64,000 bases of DNA from Octopus vulgaris (Eukaryota). The notes beneath the pieces are model-generated. The model did no database searches, was not told the origin of the DNA, and saw only the letters and a list, made by a program, of their open reading frames with translations. Positions 1-17,410 of this stretch are shown in pieces; positions within the stretch are counted from its first letter, which is position 1, and each line of letters opens with the position of its first letter. A program made the position numbers and the translations under genes. The stretch lies in NCBI GenBank assembly GCA_951406725.2, contig OX597827.1, forward strand, positions 63,984,001-64,048,000, in the 5' to 3' direction.

Positions 1-1294
1 CGTAGAGAAAAGATAGGAAAAACGAAGCAGTTATTGTATGAGTACAGACGTTTAACAATAGTAACGAATGAGGTACGAAAGATAATGGGATAAAATGTTT
101 TTGCAACTTGCTGCGAATATGAAAGCCGGAAGCCGCTGTTGGAGAAGAAAGGAAGTCTAAAAATTGGGAACCGTAAATCGTAATGGCGACTAAGAAGAAG
201 AAGAAGAAGAAGAAGAGAAGAAGACGAATGGCGGAAAAGATGGAAATTAAGGATTGAAGGATTAAAGGGTTAAATTTCGTAGAGAAAAGATAGGAAAAAC
301 GAAGCAGTTATTGTATGAGTACAGACGTTTAACAATAGTAACGAATGAGGTACGAAAGATAATGGGATAAAATGTTTTTGCAACTTGCTGCGAATATGAA
401 AGCCGGAAGCCGCTGTTGGAGAAGAAAGGAAGTCTAAAAATTGGGAACCGTAAATCGTAATGGCGACTAAGAAGAAGAAGAAGAAGAAGAAAAGAAGAAG
501 ACGAATGGCGGAAAAGATGGAAATTAAGGATTGAAGGATTAAAGGGTTAAATTTCGTAGAGAAAAGATAGGAAAAACGAAGCAGTTATTGTATGAGTACA
601 GACGTTTAACAATAGTAACGAATGAGGTACGAAAGATAATGGGATAAAATGTTTTTGCAACTTGCTGCGAATATGAAAGCCGGAAGCCGCTGTTGGAGAA
701 GAAAGGAAGTCTAAAAATTGGGAACCGTAAATCGTAATGGCGACTAAGAAGAAGAAGAAGAAGAAGAAAGAAGAAGACGAATGGCGGAAAAGATGGAAAT
801 TAAGGATTGAAGGATTAAAGGGTTAAATTTCGTAGAGAAAAGATAGGAAAAACGAAGCAGTTATTGTATGAGTACAGACGTTTAACAATAGTAACGAATG
901 AGGTACGAAAGATAATGGGATAAAATGTTTTTGCAACTTGCTGCGAATATGAAAGCCGGAAGCCGCTGTTGGAGAAGAAAGGAAGTCTAAAAATTGGGAA
1001 CCGTAAATCGTAATGGCGACTAAGAAGAAGAAGAAGAAGAAGAAAAGAAGACGAATGGCGGAAAAGATGGAAATTAAGGATTGAAGGATTAAAGGGTTAA
1101 ATTTCGTAGAGAAAAGATAGGAAAAACGAAGCAGTTATTGTATGAGTACAGACGTTTAACAATAGTAACGAATGAGGTACGAAAGATAATGGGATAAAAT
1201 GTTTTTGCAACTTGCTGCGAATATGAAAGCCGGAAGCCGCTGTTGGAGAAGAAAGGAAGTCTAAAAATTGGGAACCGTAAATCGTAATGGCGAC

Positions 1295-1325
<31 letters not shown>

Positions 1326-2399
1326 ACGAATGGCGGAAAAGATGGAAATTAAGGATTGAAGGATTAAAGGGTTAAATTTCGTAGAGAAAAGATAGGAAAA
1401 ACGAAGCAGTTATTGTATGAGTACAGACGTTTAACAATAGTAACGAATGAGGTACGAAAGATAATGGGATAAAATGTTTTTGCAACTTGCTGCGAATATG
1501 AAAGCCGGAAGCCGCTGTTGGAGAAGAAAGGAAGTCTAAAAATTGGGAACCGTAAATCGTAATGGCGACTAAGAAGAAGAAGAAGAAGAAGAAAAGAAGA
1601 AGACGAATGGCGGAAAAGATGGAAATTAAGGATTGAAGGATTAAAGGGTTAAATTTCGTAGAGAAAAGATAGGAAAAACGAAGCAGTTATTGTATGAGTA
1701 CAGACGTTTAACAATAGTAACGAATGAGGTACGAAAGATAATGGGATAAAATGTTTTTGCAACTTGCTGCGAATATGAAAGCCGGAAGCCGCTGTTGGAG
1801 AAGAAAGGAAGTCTAAAAATTGGGAACCGTAAATCGTAATGGCGACTAAGAAGAAGAAGAAGAAGAAGAAAGAAGAAGACGAATGGCGGAAAAGATGGAA
1901 ATTAAGGATTGAAGGATTAAAGGGTTAAATTTCGTAGAGAAAAGATAGGAAAAACGAAGCAGTTATTGTATGAGTACAGACGTTTAACAATAGTAACGAA
2001 TGAGGTACGAAAGATAATGGGATAAAATGTTTTTGCAACTTGCTGCGAATATGAAAGCCGGAAGCCGCTGTTGGAGAAGAAAGGAAGTCTAAAAATTGGG
2101 AACCGTAAATCGTAATGGCGACTAAGAAGAAGAAGAAGAAGAAGAAAAGAAGAAGACGAATGGCGGAAAAGATGGAAATTAAGGATTGAAGGATTAAAGG
2201 GTTAAATTTCGTAGAGAAAAGATAGGAAAAACGAAGCAGTTATTGTATGAGTACAGACGTTTAACAATAGTAACGAATGAGGTACGAAAGATAATGGGAT
2301 AAAATGTTTTTGCAACTTGCTGCGAATATGAAAGCCGGAAGCCGCTGTTGGAGAAGAAAGGAAGTCTAAAAATTGGGAACCGTAAATCGTAATGGCGAC

Positions 2400-2430
<31 letters not shown>

Positions 2431-2674
2431 ACGAATGGCGGAAAAGATGGAAATTAAGGATTGAAGGATTAAAGGGTTAAATTTCGTAGAGAAAAGATAG
2501 GAAAAACGAAGCAGTTATTGTATGAGTACAGACGTTTAACAATAGTAACGAATGAGGTACGAAAGATAATGGGATAAAATGTTTTTGCAACTTGCTGCGA
2601 ATATGAAAGCCGGAAGCCGCTGTTGGAGAAGAAAGGAAGTCTAAAAATTGGGAACCGTAAATCGTAATGGCGAC

Positions 2675-2705
<31 letters not shown>

Positions 2706-3506
2706 AAGACGAATGGCGGAAAAGATGGAAATTAAGGATTGAAGGATTAAAGGGTTAAATTTCGTAGAGAAAAGATAGGAAAAACGAAGCAGTTATTGTA
2801 TGAGTACAGACGTTTAACAATAGTAACGAATGAGGTACGAAAGATAATGGGATAAAATGTTTTTGCAACTTGCTGCGAATATGAAAGCCGGAAGCCGCTG
2901 TTGGAGAAGAAAGGAAGTCTAAAAATTGGGAACCGTAAATCGTAATGGCGACTAAGAAGAAGAAGAAGAAGAAGAAAAGAAGAAGACGAATGGCGGAAAA
3001 GATGGAAATTAAGGATTGAAGGATTAAAGGGTTAAATTTCGTAGAGAAAAGATAGGAAAAACGAAGCAGTTATTGTATGAGTACAGACGTTTAACAATAG
3101 TAACGAATGAGGTACGAAAGATAATGGGATAAAATGTTTTTGCAACTTGCTGCGAATATGAAAGCCGGAAGCCGCTGTTGGAGAAGAAAGGAAGTCTAAA
3201 AATTGGGAACCGTAAATCGTAATGGCGACTAAGAAGAAGAAGAAGAAGAAGAAAAGAAGAAGACGAATGGCGGAAAAGATGGAAATTAAGGATTGAAGGA
3301 TTAAAGGGTTAAATTTCGTAGAGAAAAGATAGGAAAAACGAAGCAGTTATTGTATGAGTACAGACGTTTAACAATAGTAACGAATGAGGTACGAAAGATA
3401 ATGGGATAAAATGTTTTTGCAACTTGCTGCGAATATGAAAGCCGGAAGCCGCTGTTGGAGAAGAAAGGAAGTCTAAAAATTGGGAACCGTAAATCGTAAT
3501 GGCGAC

Positions 3507-3537
<31 letters not shown>

Positions 3538-3965
3538 ACGAATGGCGGAAAAGATGGAAATTAAGGATTGAAGGATTAAAGGGTTAAATTTCGTAGAGAA
3601 AAGATAGGAAAAACGAAGCAGTTATTGTATGAGTACAGACGTTTAACAATAGTAACGAATGAGGTACGAAAGATAATGGGATAAAATGTTTTTGCAACTT
3701 GCTGCGAATATGAAAGCCGGAAGCCGCTGTTGGAGAAGAAAGGAAGTCTAAAAATTGGGAACCGTAAATCGTAATGGAGACTAAGAAGAAGAAGAAGAAG
3801 AAGAAAAGAAGAAGACGAATGGCGGAAAAGATGGTAATTAAGGATTGAAGGATTAAAGGGTTAAATTTCGTAGAGAAAAGATAGGAAAAACGAAGCAGTT
3901 ATTGTACATGAACAATAGTAACGAATGAGGTACGAAAGATAATGGGATAAATGTTTTTGCAACAT
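1..3965. repeat. Tandem array of a 274-278 bp purine-rich unit (14 full copies plus a variant partial copy; continues beyond window start)
   Basis: Unit CGTAGAGAAAAGATAGG... restarts at 1, 278, 555, 831, 1105, 1380, 1657, 1933, 2210, 2485, 2763, 3040, 3317, 3592, 3869; length variation is confined to an internal (GAA)n; the array ends in (TA)n. Confidence 0.97.
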
Positions 3966-3967
3966 AC

Positions 3968-7035
<3,068 letters not shown>

Positions 7036-7140
7036 TAACCAAGTAGCAACACCAACTGGCGGTGCCCCAGCATGGCCACAGCTCATAAGCTGAAACTAGA
7101 ATCAATCAATCAATCAATCAATCAATCATATGTATATATA

Positions 7141-7550
7141 TGCGCAGGAGTGGCTGTGTGGTAAGTAGCTTGCTAACCAACCACATGGTTCCGGGTTCAG
7201 TCCCACTGCGTGGCATCTTGGGCAAGTGTCTTCTGCTGTAGCCCCGGGCCGACCAATGCCTTGTGAGTGGATTTGGTAGACGGAAACTGAAAGAAGCCTG
7301 TCGTATATATGTATATATATATATGTGTGTGTGTATGTTTGTGTGTCTGTGTTTGTCCCTCTAGTATTGCTTGACAACCGATGCTGGTGTGTTTACGTCC
7401 CCGTTACTTAGCGGTTCGGCAAAAGAGACCGATAGAATAAGTACTGGGCTTACAAAGAATAAGTCCCGGGGTCGATTTGCTCGACTAAAGGCGGTGCTCC
7501 AGCATGGCCGCAGTCAAATGACTGAAACAAGTAAAAGAGTAAAAAAGTAA
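7141..7550 (+). mobile_element. tRNA-derived SINE, family A
   Basis: Head GCGCAGGAGTGGCTGTGTGGTAAG...GGTTCAGTCCC with A/B-box-like motifs; homologous to copies at 9620, 28020, 38017, 50325, 52940, 62643. Confidence 0.85.
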
Positions 7551-7554
7551 AGAG

Positions 7555-8743
<1,189 letters not shown>

Positions 8744-8989
8744 GGCCTGCTCGCTTAGCCAGCGGGGTGGCGTCATTTGAAGGCTAAAACAATGCGAACG
8801 CATTGTGACCAGCGATGTGTAACTATATCCGATGGACTGGTCGGAAAAAAAGAGAAAAAAGAGAAATATATATATATATATATATACATATATACACACA
8901 ATTGTTTGTTTGTATTCCACCTGCCTTCGTCTTTTGTTTATTTCCGTAAACCTGCCTTCGTCTTTTGTCTATTTTCATAAAGCTTACCG

Positions 8990-9025
<36 letters not shown>

Positions 9026-9619
9026 GCACTCTGCGGATTGCGACGACGAGTGTTCCAGCCTGCTCATGAAATGAACGTGCAAGTGGCTGAGCACTAGCCA
9101 GACAAGCATGAGCTTAACCTTAACCCAGTTCCTAAAAAATTCGCAGTGAGACAGAATGTGACAAAACTGGTCCACCGAAATACAGTTACTACTCATTTTT
9201 GCTAGTTGAGTTACGTAAAGCAACGTGAGATAAGGTTTCGTTGCTGAGATACTATCTCACCTGCGCCTAATTTCATATCTTTCTAAGAAAAGATCAGACG
9301 TTTCGCGGAAAATGAAACCAGCCACCCACTTAGTAATTTATCTGTTGCTTAGTAAATTATCTGACGTGAAAACTCGATAAGATTATTGCTTCAGTAGTGA
9401 CGGTCACACTGCATTTTGAAGAAAGTAGCCTTTAAGTCGCTGAAGAAACGTAAGCTTGTTTAATTTCTATATTTTCTAATTTGTTTAATTCATTTAATTT
9501 GGGCATAACTACAGACGTATGCCCACCGACTTTGTTGTCTCATAACTTCCAAAACAAGGGATACGTTTTAACGAAACTTTCAACAAATAATCGCTTATAT
9601 CCTGTAGATTGAGTGTATA

Positions 9620-9829
9620 CTCTTTTACTTGTTTCAGTCAGTTGACTGTGGCCATGCTGGAGCACCGCCTTTAGTCGAGCAACTCGACCCCGGGACTTAT
9701 TCTTTGTAAGCCCAGTACTTATTCTATCGGCCCCTTTTGCCGAACCGCTAAGTTACGGGGACATAAACACACCAGCATCGGTTGTCAAGCAATGCTAGGG
9801 GGACAAACACAGACACACAAACACACACA

Positions 9830-9877
<48 letters not shown>

Positions 9878-10051
9878 CATACATATATACGACGGGCTTC
9901 TTTCAGTTTCCGTTTACCAAATCCACTCACAAGACTCTGGTCGGCCAGAGGCTATAGTAGAAGACACTTGCCCAAGGTGCCACGCAGTGGGACTGAACCC
10001 GGAACCATGTGGTTGGTAAACAAGCTACTTACCACACAGCCACTCCTGCGC
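9620..10051 (-). mobile_element. tRNA-derived SINE, family A
   Basis: Reverse-complement match to 7141-7550. Confidence 0.85.
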
Positions 10052-10088
10052 CTATTCCAATAAATAAATAGTCTATAAATATTATAGA

Positions 10089-10470
10089 CTAGCAGTATCG
10101 CCCGGCATTGCTCGGGTTTGTTTCGACCCTTTAGAATTGGAATTTTTGAAAAGTAAAAATTTTGCATTATGTAGTTTGTGAACATTTTTCTGGTTGAAAT
10201 ACACCGAAAAATGGCGACACAGCAGTCAAAAAATCGTAAAAAAATAAGGATTTTCATAGAAAAAAAGCACCTTTTTGATGTAAATAAGTTCTGGTATTAA
10301 CATGGTCCGATTTGAATTTTTTTCTTCTACGGAAAGAAGAGCAAGCCTTCTTCTATCATACTCTCAATTTTGGTCAACTTGCGCCCTAGGGTCTCAGAGG
10401 AGATAGTGTTAGTTGAAGACTACCAAACCTGCCACACACAGACAACTTCAGCTTTTTAGATATATATAGA
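10089..10470 (-). mobile_element. Non-autonomous Helitron
   Basis: Minus strand starts TC and ends with hairpin CCCGAGCAATGCCGGG then CTAG, between A and T; second copy at 20372-20760. Confidence 0.75.
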
Positions 10471-10596
10471 TATCTTTAGAAAAAAAGGATGGCTTATAAG
10501 GCAATGACAGTTGTGTTACTCAAATCGAAGGACGGCCATGGCCATAATAAACATACTTTTATATCTAAATATAAATAATAATATAATTACTTTAAT

Positions 10597-10693
10597 GGCG
10601 GAGGTAAAGAATACGCCCACCACCCGTTTTCAGCGTAACCCTAACCCTAACCCTAACCCTAAACACCGGATGTACGAATTCTTTACCTTCGCC
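10597..10693. repeat. Mini inverted-repeat element enclosing (TAACCC)4
   Basis: GGCGGAGGTAAAGAATACG / CGAATTCTTTACCTTCGCC inverted repeats; telomeric hexamers at 10636-10662. Confidence 0.7.
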
Positions 10694-10972
10694 TTCTTTA
10701 ATAACCTTCACTAATATGCATACATACTTACGAACTAATATAACTTGGGAAGGAAACACGCATACATATATGTATAATATAAACACACAGACACGATGAC
10801 ACATAAACTAAGACATACATACGTTCAAACGTGTACACATATGAACAAATTTATTTCACTTTGATGTAATCTATTTTATTTACTTAATTTTATCATTTAC
10901 TTTATTTTTATTTTCCTTCTTTATTTTTATTTATTATTTTTAAATTTTAATTTTAATTGTTATTTTTGCTCT

Positions 10973-11708
10973 TATATATTTTAATTGGCGGACCTGGCGC
11001 ACAGTTACCCCACCCACGATTTTTTTTTTCACCGGATTCCTATGTTTTTGATGACGAAGATTCCGAATATGCAAAAAAGCCATGTTTTCAAAATTTTTAA
11101 TTCCCGTCCCACTCCCCAACCAAATTTTTAATTTTTAACTTTTTTCAAATTTTTTTTTTCAATCTACGTGGAAAAATGTGGAGATTAAGAATATGTGGGG
11201 GGAAAAAAACAAATTCTAAGTTCAAACTTTTAATGAAAAACTCCAAAAGTGATCTACACACCACTCGCCATCCTGTCTAAAAGCGAAAATGAACTGCTGT
11301 TTTGTCCGTGTCCACACTCATAGAATTATAGTGAAACAACAAAAGAATCTCAAGAATGCATGTATATTTATATGTATGTATATATATATATATATATTGT
11401 ATATAAGAAAAAGGGACAGGCAAACAGGTTGCTTGACCGCATACCGAAAAAATAGAAATAGCAGTCAAGAATGCTTATTTCTATCAAAGTTGGACTCCGG
11501 GCATGACAAACCCTGTAATTCACATATGCAAAACATATGTGTTTTGCATATGTGAATTACAGGGTTTGTCATGCCCGGAGTCCAACTTTGATAGAAATAA
11601 GCATGAATCTTCGTCAACAAAAACATAGGAATCCGGTGAAAAAAAAAAAAAAAAGTGGGTGGGTGGGTGGGGTAACTGTGCGCCAGGTCCGCCAATTAAA
11701 ATATATAT
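10973..11708. mobile_element. MITE with ~90-bp terminal inverted repeats, carrying a nested fold-back insert
   Basis: TTTTAATTGGCGGACCTGGCGCACAGTTACCCCACCCAC...GACGAAGATTC (10973-11063) is inverted at 11605-11708. Confidence 0.8.
11396..11604 (-). mobile_element. Fold-back mini-insert (putative PLE-dependent)
   Basis: Palindrome 11471-11604 with 65-bp arms; one arm extends to a (TA)n tract; GACTGCTATTTCT on minus strand at 11454-11466. Confidence 0.6.
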
Positions 11709-11716
11709 ATATATAC

Positions 11717-11795
<79 letters not shown>

Positions 11796-11807
11796 CATAT
11801 ATACATA

Positions 11808-12422
11808 TGATTGATTGATTGATTGATTCTAGTTTCAGCTTATGAGCTGTGGCCATGCTGGGGCACCGCCATTTGGTGTTGCTACTTGGTTTCACTTCAT
11901 GGAGGCTTTCTAGCAACTGCTATTTGGTGCATGAGAGAGTTTGATGCAGCTGCCCTCATCTGCCCCTCCTGCCGTGAAGTTGGTTCATCTGGGACACCTG
12001 ACAGGAAGAGATCCAGCTCCATTTTAAAGACATCTGTATCCACCCCATGCAGGTCTCTCAGGTTCTTCGGGAGGATATTGAAGAGCTGTGGGCCTCGGAA
12101 GCCCAGGCTATCACAGAATCTTGTCCTACATCTTGATGGCAAGTTTGGAGTCCTAGGCACCACGCAGTGGCGCCCAGTTCTGGCATTTGCGTAACTCTCG
12201 ATGCCAAAGTTCAGGACACTTCCCTCCAGGATCTTCCAGATGTATATTATGGCATATCTTTCCCGCCTACGCTCCAGGGAATATAATTTTTATCTCTTGA
12301 GTCTTTCCCAGTAGCTTACATTCTGCATAGAGGCTATCTTCTTCGTGTAGCTTCGTTGGATCGCCTCAAGTTCTGTGATCAACTTGACACTGGATGGTGA
12401 CCATAGCTGAGAGCAATAGTCA
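11808..12422 (-). mobile_element. 3' fragment of a second CR1/L2-type LINE family
   Basis: Minus-strand YCSQLWSP, SLERRRERY, GPQLFNILPKNLR, FKMELDLFL; (TCAA)n tail; same 3' end at 7036-7127. Confidence 0.85.
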
Positions 12423-12490
12423 ATATATATCTTTATTTATATATATATATGTATATATATGTATATATGTATATATATATATATATATGT

Positions 12491-12700
12491 ATATAAAATA
12501 TTATTAGAGACAAAACCACTATTTTGCAAAACAAACAAGGAAAGACTTAATCAATACATAGTCTTTCCATGTTTGTTTTGCAAAATAGTGGTTTTGTCTC
12601 TAATAATATTTTATAATATTTTACTATAAAATTGGATTTAATCCTAAATCTGATTTTTTTCCTGTAAATTTGGATTTATTCCCTAATATTTATTATTATA
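12491..12700 (+). mobile_element. Fold-back mini-insert in (TA)n
   Basis: ~55-bp inverted arms (12491-12546 / 12561-12615); right arm continues ~85 bp to the next TA tract. Confidence 0.6.
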
Positions 12701-12752
12701 TATATGTATATATATATATATATGTATATATATGTATATATATGTATATATG

Positions 12753-12783
<31 letters not shown>

Positions 12784-12890
12784 GTATATATGTATATATA
12801 TGTATATATGTATATATATGTATATATGTATATATGTATATATGTATATATGTATATATATATATGTATATATATATGTATATATATATG

Positions 12891-14828
<1,938 letters not shown>

Positions 14829-15458
14829 CAATTAATCAATATTAGGGTAGCAAAAAATTCAATAGAAATTATTTTGCCACCAGCGGTCTAGTGAGAAAGA
14901 GGAAATAGTCAGAGACTATTAATAAATTCAACAACAATTGAGGAACGGCTATAATAGGCCGTTCGACCCGTTGTTGAATTTATTAATAGTCTCTGACTAT
15001 TTCCTCTTTCTCACTAGACCGCTGGTGGCAAAATAATTTCTATTGAATTTTTTGCTACCCTAATATTGATTAATTGATAATTTTCTGATTAATTCCGAAA
15101 TCGAATCGGCAGTTTATATTTGCTGCCGATAAGTTGGCGCAAGTACGATTGTTTTGAAAATTTTAGGTCAGATATTACCGAGGCATGAAGGTAGCCTCGT
15201 GTAATCTCCGTCCCTTCTGGCTCCTCTACTGATGAGCGCGTTGGCCTTTTGGAAGATTGACTTGATTAAGTTTAATTTAATTTAATCAGGCCGGTTTGCC
15301 ATTAAAAAACGCCGAAACAATGCATTGTCTAAAGAAGAACAGGGTAAATGTTTTTTTAATTTTTCCTCTGATTTCGGAATTACTACTATTTGCGGTTGGA
15401 GCCCTGGCTGCTATTTCTAGTGGGTCGAACGGCCTATTATAGCCGTTCCTCAATTGTT

Positions 15459-15461
<3 letters not shown>
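14829..15461 (+). mobile_element. Non-coding hammerhead-bearing element with inverted 5' partial copy (pseudo-LTR-like) in (TA)n
   Basis: 14829-14969 is the reverse complement of 15422-15461 joined to 14970-15076, i.e. of the junction of a tandem/circular ~490-bp unit. Confidence 0.75.
15221..15337 (+). ncRNA. Type I hammerhead ribozyme motif
   Basis: CTCCTCTA-CTGATGA(15229-35)-G(C)GCGTT...AACGCC-GAAA(15314-17)-CAATGCATTG-TC(15329)-TAAAGAAG; all core residues present, palindromic stem III, stem I 6/8 paired. Confidence 0.75.
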
Positions 15462-15524
<63 letters not shown>

Positions 15525-15546
15525 ATACGTATATGCATATGTATGT

Positions 15547-15587
<41 letters not shown>

Positions 15588-15608
15588 ATACGTATATGCA
15601 TATGTATG

Positions 15609-15650
<42 letters not shown>

Positions 15651-15671
15651 ATACGTATATGCATATGTATG

Positions 15672-15729
<58 letters not shown>

Positions 15730-15734
15730 ATATA

Positions 15735-15781
<47 letters not shown>

Positions 15782-16027
15782 TTGTAATCTATATAGTTTA
15801 GGCTTAAAAACTTAGCCCTGGGTTGGTTTCCGCTACTAAAACACTTCAAGGCGGTGCTCCAGCATAGCCGAAGTCAAATGACTGAAGCAAGTAAAACATT
15901 AATATAATATATGTACACACGCATATATGTGTTTGTGTATGTGTACGTGCGTGTGTACCCCACCACCACTTGACAACCGGTGTTGGTGTGTTTACATCCT
16001 AGTAACTTAGTAGGTTGTCAAAAGATA

Positions 16028-16178
16028 CAGGGACGGATTGAGAGTATTAAGGGCCCTTGGGCATAAGTGTTTACCGGGCCCCTTAGCATTGATATCAGTA
16101 GAGTGTGGGCCCCTCAGTGCTCCGGGCCCTCGGGCAGTGTCCGATTGACCGACGGCTCAGTTTGCCCCCCCCCCCCCG
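16028..16178. mobile_element. hAT-type MITE inserted in a SINE fragment
   Basis: CAGGGACGGATTGAG...CTCAGTTTGCCCC ends; 8-bp TSD AAAAGATA at 16020-16027 and 16179-16186. Confidence 0.7.
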
Positions 16179-16246
16179 AAAAGATACCTAACGGCTTTAT
16201 ATAGTTTTTTTTTTCTTCTTCCAGGTATCTTTCTAGGAGTATTACG

Positions 16247-16585
16247 ATGGAAAAGCAAATACAGAAACGAAAAGAAGAGTCATCTGACTGGGGAATTGGT
16301 GTTTTAGTAGGTGGTATTGCAGCCGCTCTTACGGCCGGCGCATTGTGGGCAACTACCTCATACTTTTCCGACCAATCAACTATGAGTTATTGCGAAGAAA
16401 CTTCTAAGAGAAAGACGCATATCACTGAGAATGAGAAAGTGAAAGAGACGCTCATTACAGAAACTAACGAGAGGAAGACGTCTTACTCTCAAACAAAGGA
16501 GACACGCTGTGACGTTGAAAAGAAACCCGTGCAGTACAGCCAGGGGCCTGGAATGTCAGACCTCCTAAATTACCTTTTCAAGTAA
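16247..16585 (+). CDS. Orphan 112-aa protein with one predicted TM helix
   Basis: Non-repetitive ATG ORF; acceptor T10CTTCTTCCAG ending 16224; WGIGVLVGGIAAALTAGALWA hydrophobic segment; AATAAA at 16622. Confidence 0.6.
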   Translation: MEKQIQKRKEESSDWGIGVLVGGIAAALTAGALWATTSYFSDQSTMSYCEETSKRKTHITENEKVKETLITETNERKTSYSQTKETRCDVEKKPVQYSQGPGMSDLLNYLFK

Positions 16586-16644
16586 ACTGTTGCTATTCAT
16601 ATTGGTACTATAAAATATGATAATAAAAATGATATGATCCATCT

Positions 16645-16955
16645 TTATTATTGTTGTTGTTGTCGCTGTTGTTGTTGTTGTTGATGTTGCTGTTGTTGTC
16701 ATCATCGTTGTCTTCTTCTCTTTCTTCTTCTTCTTCTTCTTCTTCTCCTCCTCCTCCTTCTTCTTCTTCTTCTTCTTCTCTCCTCCTCCTTCTTCTCCTT
16801 CTTCTTCTTCTTCTTCTTCTTCTCCTCCTCCTTCTCCTTCTTCTTCTTCTTCTTCTTCTTCTTCTCTCTCCTTCTTCTTCTTCTCCTCCTTCTTCTTCTC
16901 CTCTTCCTCCGCCACCTCCTCCTTCTTCCTCTTCCTCTTCTTCTTCTTCTTCTTC
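16645..16955. repeat. (TTG)n/(TTC)n/(CTC)n trinucleotide tract
   Basis: Direct inspection. Confidence 0.9.
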
Positions 16956-17239
16956 CAATCAGGACTCACGCCGTTAGCCACCAAGAATAATCTCTAATTC
17001 GAGCCTACTCTAAGCTGCTAAGAATTCGTGTGGCAACTTGTAGGTCCACCCACCACACGCGATAGACTGGCGGTTGCACGGGCGCGAAAGCTACGTTGTT
17101 ATCCTCATTCCGTAAGCGGTGGCTTTTAACGGGTGGAGAGCTGAACCATCCTGGGGTACAGAGGATTAGCAATCTAGACTAGGGTATGAAACTTTTACAA
17201 CACCATAGTGGGTTACACCATGGTTCCTCTGCTTTGTGG

Positions 17240-17410
17240 CAGAAGTAGGAAGAAAGAGTGAGAGAGAAAGAGAGAGAGAGTTGTGGTGAAAGAATGGAGC
17301 TTAGGTGTTTTTGCTCAACAAACACTCACAATGCCCAGTCTGGGAATCGAAACCGCGTTCTTACGACCGCGAGTCCGCTGCCCTAACCACTGGGCCATTG
17401 CGCCTCCACT
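17240..17410 (-). mobile_element. tRNA-derived SINE, family B
   Basis: Minus-strand head GTGGAGGCGCAATGGCCCAGTGGTTAGGGCAGCGGACTCGCG...GGTTTCGATTCCC. Confidence 0.8.

Noticed and set aside
30-85. TGTATGA-GTAC...GTAC-GAAA in the satellite unit as a hammerhead
   Set aside because: Core is not CTGANGA and there is no stem III or UH cleavage site
1-3965. CRISPR-like array
   Set aside because: Units are identical end to end with no unique spacers, no cas genes, eukaryotic context
7141-7215. Functional tRNA genes at SINE heads
   Set aside because: No complete cloverleaf; they continue directly into repeated SINE bodies
16565-16984. Minus-strand Lys/Glu-rich ORF as a third paralog of the orphan pair
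   Set aside because: No LICC head, acceptor or shared downstream region; just a trinucleotide tract
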